Below, piece by piece: positions 50,239 to 64,000 of a stretch of DNA of 64,000 nucleotides. How positions within the stretch are numbered: position 1 is the stretch's first letter; every line of letters begins with the position of its first letter. This stretch comes from Lama glama (taxonomy: Eukaryota). Below the pieces are notes generated by a model, which saw only the letters and a program-made list of their open reading frames with translations, was not told the origin of the DNA and did no database searches. Made by a program: the position numbers and the translations under genes. The stretch spans positions 8,866,001 to 8,930,000 of the forward strand of contig CM052832.1 of assembly GCA_028534125.1 (NCBI GenBank), in the 5' to 3' direction.

Positions 50239-52479
50239 NNNNNNNNNNNNNNNNNNNNNNNNNNNNNNNNNNNNNNNNNNNNNNNNNNNNNNNNNNNNNN
50301 NNNNNNAATTAGGGCCACGGGCTCCTCAGACGAGGCCTTTGCCCGCCTCACTGTGACTCTGCCCAAGACTAGCCCTTGCCTCTAAGTGTCACCCTGGTGG
50401 CCCTCCCACACAACCCCTCCGCAGCTCAGGTGGCTGGCTTTGCCCCAGGGGAGCTGCCGAGGTCAGGGAGCTAGCCCTGGCCCTGCGTTCTCCAACAGGG
50501 AAGGGTGGGGCCAGTCTGACCTGACTGCCAGCTCAGGCTGCTGATCAAGGCTCAACATCGTCATACCCCACTCATGGAGGCGCCACCCCGTCCCTGGCCT
50601 GGCCCAAGCTCCAAGCCCCCTTCCCAGGCCGGTGAGTTAGTTCTCTTGTCTCTCTGGCTGTGCTCTGCTTACTGCCACCTCTCTAAGAATCTCTGTGCTC
50701 TTTGAGGTGGGGAGAGGGATCTCAAAATACTCAGAGCTATTAATAGCCCAGCCAGCCCCAGACGGTCTATTGAAAGCTGGCATGAGTGCCTCCAAGTAAA
50801 AAAGCTTTTAGGCTTTTAGAATGGAATACTCCCTTTATCCACAACAGGGTGGGATTGATCCAGGGCAGGGACCTCCACGGATGGTTGGGACCTCCATGGA
50901 TGGATAGCTAGGGGGCTCTTGTCAAGCTGAGCTGTTGTCTTCAGGGTCACCCAGGGCCCCTCATAGGCACGAGGAGTTCCTTTGACAGCTGTGCCTGGTA
51001 TGCTGCCAAGACTAGGAACTTAAGCCAGAAGGGTATGTGTCTACTGGGCATTGACAGAACGGGAGTGAGGAGGAGGGGTTTTCTCCTCTTGCCACTTGCC
51101 CAACCCTGCTATTGTGGTAAAGAACGAGCTGTTTCCAGCAGCTTTTCTCCCACTTGGGTTCCTCAGAGGGGCTAAGGATGGGGTGCGCACTGCAAATCAG
51201 TGGAAGCAATTGGAAGGAAAGCAAAAATGCCCTTGCGCAGGACAAGAAAAAGACAGCAGGCATAAGAGGTCATGGTCTCTCAATCTGCCAACCTAGTGAT
51301 AAAGGGTACATCTGGAGGCTCTGTCCCTAGGCAGATCCTGCGACTGGCACTGCCGTCGCTGGCAAGCACCTGCTGGTTTTGGGTGAATCGTTTGCTCCCT
51401 CTTCAAGAAGCCCTAGCGGAGGGAAGACCCAGGCAGAACCTCAGGCGCAGAAAAAGCTCAAGTAAAGGAGGCCCCTTGCAAGAAAGACACACAGCTCTGG
51501 CTTTCGGCTGGCTTGCCAGCCCCCTCCCCGACCCCACCCAACCTCCCTCAACCCCCCACCCCATGCTTTAAATAGCCACTCTGTCAAACCTGAAATAGCC
51601 CCAGCAGGAAACCACTCTCACTTCATTACTCCTGTCCTCAATCCAAAAGCTCTCGGATCTGGACTTGTGGGGACAGATAGGAAGGAGGTGGAAGAGCTTA
51701 AGAATGGGAGTTCTTCATCTTCCCTCATAGCTTCTACTCCCCCTTCAGCTATATGAAAGTAAAGAATTCACAGGGGAAGAGAGAAGCAATTCCATCCAAA
51801 GGTGGAGAAAAAAAAACTTAGCTTCTCGTCCATAAGTGAGGACAACTCAAGCTCGCGGATGACAAGCCTGCAGGGTCTCAGGAGCTCCTCTTATCCCTGG
51901 GTCTCTCCCATCCTCCATCACTGCCGCATTCTCAAGCTTCTTCAAATCCTTTAATGTACCTAACTCCGTTCCTATTCTCTTGCAATTTTCACTCCCCGTT
52001 TCTGGCCCTTCTCGAACTCCTGAGGGCTTTGCAATTTTCTCCTTTTTCCTTCTCCCACAACTCCAAGCTCCACTCCGATAGCCCTCTTCCTCTAAGGGAT
52101 AGAAAGCTAATATTCATTGACCTCTTTCGGCCAGAGATTTTCCTCCCTGTATATGACGCTATCCCTGCCTTCTTCCAGTCATCCGAACCTCCCTTCCCCC
52201 ACAACGCCAGACACCCCCGCCCTTTGCTTCCGTTATCCTCAGCTTCCCTGTTCTCCTCATAACCTGGTCTTCCTTCCAATTCCCTTTAGGGCTTTCTCTA
52301 GCTACCAGGTGTCTCCCATCGATCTCCTCACCATCTTCCCCGAGCCCTCCTTTCCCCATTAACACTCTCCTTTCCCATCATCCCCCTAACTCCCTCCCCA
52401 CCCCCATCTCATCTCTCTCAGGCCCCTCCCCCACGAATCCAGCTCTAGGCATGGGTGTCCCCAGCCCCTATAATCTTCC

Positions 52480-53080
52480 TAGTCCCTCAACCCACCCGGG
52501 GCTACCTGCCAGGCCGGGCCGGGGCGGGGCCGCGGGTCCTCGCGCTGCCTGCAGCCTAGAACCCGTTGCGCGCCAACCGACGACTCGGTCCCCAACGAGA
52601 TAAACACAGCCAGGCTCGGACCTTCCAGCGGGCAGCTGTGTGCGCACGTGCAACCAGCGCTAAGCGCCCGAAGCCTACCGGGATTTGTAGTCCACGGGTT
52701 TGGGGAGGAACGTGAAGGGATCTCAGGAGTGGGCAAGAGCCGGAGGAGGTTATGCACATGTGCAGTTGTGTCAAAGCCGCGAGACTTCTGGGTGATGTAG
52801 TCCTTTGTTGTCTGGGCAGAAGATGGTGGAGGCGGGGCAAGGGGTGAACTATACGTCCCCGCTCGCGTCAATCATGAACGCGGGGCGGGGCTGGAGGACT
52901 AGTTGCCCCGGCACGTCCTGCCCCGCCGGAAGTGAAGGTGCGGGTTCGGCCGCGGGCTCTGAGCTGGTGAGGCGCGCGGAAGCACCGGTGCTGAGAATCA
53001 GCGGGGGCGGGTAGGGGACGTTGCAGCTGGGGCCATTAGAAGGAGCCCCTGGGGCCTGGAGGGCGTTTGTCAGGTGGTAC
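52480..53080. promoter_or_regulatory. KLHDC3/MEA1 bidirectional CpG-island promoter
   Basis: KLHDC3 exon 1 donor at 52505 (-) and MEA1 exon 1 donor near 53077 (+). ZNF143/THAP11-type ACTACAnnTCCC motifs on - at ~52680-52692 and ~52788-52803; ETS CCGGAAGTG at ~52926; NRF1-like TGCGCACGTGCA at 52641. Confidence 0.85.
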
Positions 53081-53434
53081 TGATGAGGACCCTTTGGGGA
53101 GGAGAGAAGGGGCGGGTACTCCTTGTCTAGGGGAGCTTGTTTGGCAACCCGGAGTTCCTAAGTGAGTTGGAGGGAGGGGGCATGGCCTCCGGTTGGGCTG
53201 TTTTTTGAAGAATTGGCAGAGCAAGGCGGGTGGGCCCCGGCTGGAGATAAGAACCAACTTAAGAGGTGGAGCAACTAGGAAAGGCTGAGGTGGGTGGGGT
53301 GCAGGAAGCTTGGGGCGTTTAAATGTTTTGTGGACGCAGGAGGAGACCACGGGAGATGGATGAAAGGCTGACGGTGGACCTAATTTCATCCAGTCCCTCT
53401 TCTCCTACCTCCTTGTTCTTGCAGCCCCTGCCTG

Positions 53435-54326
53435 ATGGCAGCAGTAGTTCTAGGGGGAGACACCATGGGTCCTGAGCGTATCTTCCCCAGTCAGACTGAG
53501 GAACTCGGGCCACACCAGGGCCCTACAGAAGGTACTGGGGATTGGAGCAGTGAGGAGCCAGAGGAAGAGCAGGAGGAAACGGGGGCAGGCCCAGCTGGCT
53601 ACTCCTACCAGCCCCTGAACCAAGATCCTGAACAAGAGGAAGTGGAGCTGGCACCAGTGGGAGATGGAGATGTAGTTGCTGATATCCAGGACCGGATCCA
53701 GGTATGGTGGAGGAGGCATTGTTCCTGAGCAGGTGAAGCTAGAACCCCTGCAGGGCTGGCCCTGAACTGCCTTCTCCGGCTCTGCAGGCTCTGGGGCTTC
53801 ATTTGCCAGACCCACCATTAGAAAGCGAGGATGAAGATGAGGGGGGAGCTACAGCATTGAGCAACCACAGCTCTATTCCCATGGACCCAGGTAAGAGATC
53901 ATTCTTTTATTCTGGAATAATTATAGAGGAAGGGGACTGGTTAGAGCCAGTAAAGGGAAATCACAGAGGAACACCCCATTTCTAAAACAAGTTTGTAATC
54001 TAAGATCCAGGTGAAATGATGTTCTTCTAGACTTGGGGGATGAGCAGGCTTGCCTAGGGATAAAAAGGATTCAGTGACCTTGCTAGCCCAAAAGCTCTGG
54101 GTTAATTCAGTGAGTGGAGAGGGGAGCTGTTACCATTGTTTCTACCTGCAGCTGGTTTCTGCCTGTAATTTCAGAACACGTAGAGCTGGTGAAAAGGACG
54201 ATGGCTGGAGTAAGCCTGCCTGCGCCCGGGGTTCCTGCCTGGGCTCGGGAGATATCAGATGCCCAGTGGGAAGATGTGGTACAGAAGGCCCTCCAAGCCC
54301 GGCAGGCTGCCCCTGCCTGGAAGTGA
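53435..54326 (+). CDS. MEA1: Male-enhanced antigen 1, 3 coding exons, 173 aa
   Basis: Exons 53435-53701, 53788-53890, 54175-54326 (522 nt). [18 protein letters not shown]...[12 protein letters not shown]...[24 protein letters not shown]...PAWK*. Confidence 0.96.
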
Positions 54327-54469
54327 CCACCCTGAGAGCTGCCTTATCTCCCTGCATTCCAGGCCATAACCAGCACAGGACTGAACACATCCTGGTTGTA
54401 ATGTCCATCTTCATCTTCCTGTCTCCCTTTCCACACCAAGGCAAATCAGACTTCTTCTCAGAGACCCAC

Positions 54470-54475
54470 TTTATT
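54470..54475 (-). terminator. PPP2R5D: PPP2R5D poly(A) signal
   Basis: TTTATT on the + strand about 1 kb past the PPP2R5D last coding exon, inside the MEA1 3' UTR. Confidence 0.65.
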
Positions 54476-54541
54476 CAGTTCTGTACATATGGGGACATCG
54501 GCCCAAGCCCAACCCACCATAGCATGTATCACTCTGTGGAG

Positions 54542-54547
54542 AATAAA
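54542..54547 (+). terminator. MEA1: MEA1 poly(A) signal (a second AATAAA lies at 54683-54688)
   Basis: AATAAA about 215 nt after the stop codon. Confidence 0.7.
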
Positions 54548-55509
54548 GCACCCTATGTACACAGCCAAAGGCTGCACTGCCTGCGCCCCTGGAACCTGGG
54601 TCCAGCCCTTCCCAGACCCTTGCCCCTTCAAGGTGCCTAAAGTGGACAAGTGAGGGCCTGCCCACCATCATCACAAACAGGAAATAAATAGGTGTTGGGG
54701 GGAGCCATGCTTGGGGCACTGCTCCCTGCTTCCTTCCTCCCAGCTTTGGAACCATCAGCACAGGAAAGCAGTCAGCCCCCAGGGAGGTCCCTTCCATGTC
54801 AGTGATCCCAGGGCTGCTGCTCACCAAAGAGAGGGCACAGGGTGGGTGCTTGTTCATGCCCTTCTTTTGGTCCATCTGGGCTCTATTCACCTATCACCCA
54901 GAGCCTCTGGCTTTTCTCCTCCTGCCCTCCCACATTGTCTTGGTCAGGCAGGGAGCAAGAGGAAATCATGCAGCTCTGTCAGCCTGCACACTGCTGGAGC
55001 CAGGGGTCTACTTGTGCCTTTGGGGGTTGGCTCCCCTCCAGCTAACTAACTCCAGGGGCCAATGGGGCTTGACAGAGCTTTGGTGAGAATCATCTCCTGC
55101 TGTTCCCTATATGCCTGCAGTGGAGGGGGAGAAGGAGAGACATCTGGAGGTCAAATGAGACTGAAGAGGACAGAAGAGGAGCGTATGTATTCCCATGTGT
55201 ATTTCTCAGAGCAGCCTCAGGTAGCTGTGGGGTGAGGAGCAGGAGGGGGCCAGGCATCCCCAAGTCATCTGAGCGCTGAGCATCAAGGTGCTCAGCCTGT
55301 CTGTACTAGCTGCAGGGAGTCATGAACACATTTGGGGGAGAAGAGGGACCACTCTGTGGGAGTCCCTGCTTCAAGTGCTGCATCCCCCTCCCTAGAGTAG
55401 AGAGGCACTGCCTTGCCCAAAGTCAGCCAGTGGGGAGCAGAGGGTGGAGGGCCAGGGCAGTGTCCCAGGGCTGAGTGGGCTGTGGCCCTGTGGCGGGANN
55501 NNNNNNNNN

Positions 55510-59951
<4,442 letters not shown>

Positions 59952-62049
59952 CTGGTCAAATGAGCGATTCACTGAAGTCCTTTCGCCAAGCTATACTTCC
60001 CACCCCAGGCTTGGCCCACCGCCCAGCCCCCTGGCCCCCAGTCCATCTGTACAGGCCTGGATGGCGAGCAGCTGCCTCCTGCCCCAAAGGGGCCAAGGCC
60101 AGGTCAGAGAGAACTACGGGCAGGAGCCCTGGAAGGCAGGGGTCAAGAAGGCATGTCTCCCAAGTGATGCCCACGGCCTGTGCCTCATGAGCCTTCAAAA
60201 TAATCGTTCCTGTTCATGAACAGGCAAGGCTAATTGATGGACTGATGGCACTGTGAGTCAGAAAAGTGGCTCTCCTGCCCGCAGGAGTGGCAGTGGTGCG
60301 GGGGTGGGGAGATGCAGGTACTGACTGAGAAGGGCTGAGTGGAACCTTCCCAGTAATGGAAACATGCTATATATTGACTGACCTGGGAGGTGGTTCATAG
60401 CATAAGGATATGGAAAAATTCATTAAGTAGTACACCTACGATTATTGTATTTTATCATTTACTGACTGTGTGACATTCTTCAGTTAAAAGGTAAAAGAAA
60501 TTCTTTCCGATGTCTCAGTAGTTTAACTACTAGAAATATTGCTTAAGAAAAGTCCTAAATATAAAAAAAGGCTTTGTGTGAACACACTTTCTACAGTCTT
60601 ATTTATAACAGCAAATACATAAATAGACATGGAAAACCATGGAGTTAAAATTATGTTTATGAAAACTATGTACTAAATGTAATCATACATGGTTCGACTG
60701 TGAAAAATATTACCCAAAATGTGTGATAAGTATTCTGAGAGGAAGGGAAATGCCTGCATGGAGGTATAGACACTAGGGCCTTAATTTGCCAAATCAGGAA
60801 GTCAATAGATAATATCTAAAGCGCAAAATTAAAGTAAAAGAATCTTATTTGGAGTATAAAAGTCAATCTGCAAGGAAAGAATTAGGAGTTGAAAGTGACT
60901 GCCACAAAACACCAGAAGAGGGCCCTTTTCATTACAAGCCCAAGAGTATTATCTGTACCTGTTATCACAGTGATAAAAATTATAAACAAAACAAAAAGCC
61001 TACAACAATGGAATGAAGAAAACTGCTTCCTGTGCTAAGTTAAATAGGGACAATACAAACCTGTATATACAAAATGAGCCCACGCGCATTAAAACACATG
61101 CATAGAACCCAAAACCCAATTAAGAAAAAAAAAGAACAAGTGCGTTGTGTTTGTGACTTATCTCCTGTGATGGCAGAATGATAGATGACTTTTTCCTACT
61201 TCCACATTTTTTACAAGCTGACACTGCTTATATTACAATGGGAGAAATAACAGCTAATTTCCAAAAGCTATTTCTTTACTTCCTCCCAGACATGGGTGTC
61301 AGAGCCCCATGAATCCCACCTGCAGAAGCCCACCCACAGGTACTGCTCAGATAACCCCCTGGTGGGAGAGGGGAGAGGCTGAGCCACAGGACAGCCCTTG
61401 CCCACAACAAGAGCAGAGACTGCAGCAGAACCAGAGGAATGAGGTCACATCCAGCCGGGTACCCATCCCACAGGAAAGTCGTCCTCCCGTCCTCACATCT
61501 GCCATGCTCACCTCCTCCCCAGCCCCTACTTCAGACAGTAAGAACGGGAGAAGAGGAAATCCTCTGGGATGAGGGGAGGGAGGAAGACAGAAATGTTATG
61601 CTGTGTATGCTCTTGAATTTTTTATAGAAACAATTATATCAAGCTTGTGACCTATCTGGGGATCAGAGACAGGAGAGGAGCACTGGGTCCAGCCCTGGGG
61701 CAGGCCTTGAGGTCTAGTGTAGCTCATGACCACTCTGGCCATCTGGCCCTCTCCTGCACCTGAAATGAGCCCCAGACACCAATTCGACCAGGGGAACACA
61801 AAGAAGTGGGGCAAGAGCAGTGGTCACACACCTCCCTTGCCGTGACCACACCAACGGGATTCTGGTTGCACAGGGCAAGGCACCCTGGAGTCTGGGGTCT
61901 CTCTTCCTGTATGTGGCGGATGGATCACTCCTCAGTGGAAGATAGGGAAGAGAGACAGAAGGCTGGGGGGCCAGGGCCTGGTGTGCATCAGGCTGTCCCC
62001 TGCTTCAGGCCTCCGTTTCTCTGTGGCAGGAACAGCCAAACCCTTATCT

Positions 62050-62270
62050 GTGGAGTTTAAGAGTCAAGAGCACAGACTTGAGCCTGACTACCTGGGTTTG
62101 ACTCCTGGCTCTGCCATTTATTAGCTGAGTAACCTCCAGGAGGTCCCAAGGCCCCTGTGTGCCTCACTCTCCTCATCTGTAAGATGGGGATGACAATAGT
62201 ACCGAGCTCACAGGGTTGTCATAAGGATTTAAATGAACAGCCTATGGCACACAGAAGTGCTTTATAAGCA
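62050..62270 (+). mobile_element. MIR SINE
   Basis: CCTGGGTTTGACTCCTGGCTCTGCCATTTATTAGCTG...CCTCATCTGTAAGATGGGGATGACAATAG MIR core. Confidence 0.8.
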
Positions 62271-62318
62271 GTTGTTGTTGTTGTTGTTATTATTACTATT
62301 ATTATTTTATTATTTTAT
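62270..62318 (+). repeat. (GTT)n/(ATT)n low-complexity run
   Basis: gttgttgttgttgttgttattattactattattatttt. Confidence 0.85.
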
Positions 62319-64000
62319 ATCCTATCCCTGGATTTTAGGAGTACAGCCTGGAAATTCTTGAAACCAGCACACCTCAGATACTCCTCAGAGTTTGTTATCC
62401 TCCTTGCTTTAAAATGGGGGAACCCAAGAAAGCAGTGCATCTTTCAAGACCCACCTTCTTCCAAAAAGCCTTCTCAGATCAGTCCAGGCCTTGTGTATCC
62501 CTCCGCCCCAACCTCCCGACACTACTCGTCTGCTCCATTGGCTCTGTGATCATCGCCAGTGGCACCTCTTGCTCGAGCTGTTCACATGTCATCCTCCCAT
62601 TAGAATGCAAGTCCCTTGAAAGCCAGGACCCTGCTTGTACCCCTCTGGGTCTCCTCAGCACTGGCATGTAATAGGCATTCAACAAATGCTTGGTTGCTTG
62701 ATTGATGGGGGCGCCAAGCCCAGGCATGTCCCCACAGGCCCCTCCTGTCCTGACTTAGGAACCCTCAGAACTGAGCCCTGCACAGTGAGGGGAGCAGAGT
62801 GGGAAGGAGAAACACTAGTGAGACAGTGGCAGCTGAGGAACAAGACTCAGGAAGGACACGCCTCTCCCTCCTCCCAAATAAGATGCAGACACCCTGAACC
62901 ACTGAGGGACATTCAGAGAAAGGAGGCATTCTTCCCAGAAAGGGCAAAGTCAGGCCTCAATTTTCTCTGCTAATGAGAGGGATGGACTAAATCAGTAGGT
63001 TGCCAAACATTCTCCAAGTAAGGTTTCAAGAGAACAGAGGCTGCATGGCTGAAAATCAAAGTTTAAAAAAACCACCCAATGAGTTGATGCCTAAGGTCCC
63101 TTCCCCACCAGGATGGTGGTATTGAAGGCTGGAGAGCAGCTGAGCCGGCTTAGCCCACCCCACCCCCACCCCACTGGGCCACCCTGGTTTTATAAGGACC
63201 ATTAGCTCCCAGGCCCCAGATACAACAAGCATCTGAGAGACAGCTGGTCCGGCCAGCAAAACCCGGGTCTGTTCACTCTGCTTATGAAACATACTCGTCA
63301 GAAGGGCCGTATGGGTGTAGGGCAGCAACTCACTCACGCTCAACCCTTTCTCCCAAAAGCCCGAGCTTCCGACTTCTCCTTTACTGACCTGGGCTGGAGA
63401 CTAGGTGTCCCCAGGAGAACCTTCTGCAGCCATCAGGGCATGGGTGGACACTGACCAAAGGTAAGCTGGCCAACCTGCCCGCTACCTGCGCCTGTGTCCT
63501 GCCTGGTCCCACTTCTGAGACTCCGTAGTGGCCATCTCTTCTGCCTGAAGAACCTCCTCCTCCCACTTCTAAACTCACAACACGATCTGAACTCCAAGAA
63601 GCCTTCCTAGATTCAGGCCTCTGGTATCAAGTGGGGCTTTGAATTTCCACACCATGCTCACACTCAAGAGACTGCGACCAAGCTTGCCCACTCTAAACCA
63701 ATCCTATTCCAACTTGATGCTAACACAGCCACTGGTCATAACTAAACTCATATATTTAAATATAGATAAAGTAGGACGTAGGAATGTAATTTAAGCACAA
63801 TAGAAAGTACTACAGGAGAAAGGCAAAAGATAAAATTATCAGTGAAAAACAGAGATTAATGTTACAGCTTTTGCATAATGAATTAACTAGCAGAATAAAG
63901 ATCATTTTAGTTTGAAACCCTGAAAATCACAGAAGCATTCTCTCCTGTACTGACATCTGGAGCTCTGTCTGGCTGGGCTTCATTCAGTCCTTCCTTCATT

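Noticed and set aside
59952-64000. Search for PPP2R5D exon 2 or another gene
   Set aside because: No matching coding sequence; the region looks like intron with L1/MIR/L2 debris.

Overview
Mammalian (very probably camelid, judged from its tRNA-derived SINEs) genomic DNA, syntenic to the human 6p21.1 gene cluster and read in the opposite orientation. Eight intron-containing protein-coding genes are packed in 64 kb: PTK7 (-, exon 1 and part of intron 1), KLC4 (-), MRPL2 (+), CUL7 (+), RRP36 (-), KLHDC3 (-), MEA1 (+) and PPP2R5D (-, exon 3 to the end). Exons were mapped by hand from splice sites and reading frame. Every fully visible gene model closes in frame: KLC4 616 aa, MRPL2 306 aa, RRP36 251 aa, MEA1 173 aa. 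There are two bidirectional CpG-island promoters (KLC4/MRPL2 and KLHDC3/MEA1). Two poly(A) signals sit directly against the next gene's promoter, and the MEA1 and PPP2R5D 3' ends overlap tail to tail. Repeats include SINE, MIR, L2, L1, MER5 and Tigger. I found no convincing wholly new biological system. The most notable observations are: six N-runs that each fall on a coding exon and are all multiples of 4 nt (suggesting algorithmic masking); candidate uORFs in KLC4, CUL7, MEA1 and MRPL2; a GC-AG intron in MRPL2; a competing stop-containing donor in KLC4; a tail-only retroposon insertion; and candidate enhancers in PTK7 and KLHDC3 intron 1. Comparisons with human proteins are from recall, not from a database search.
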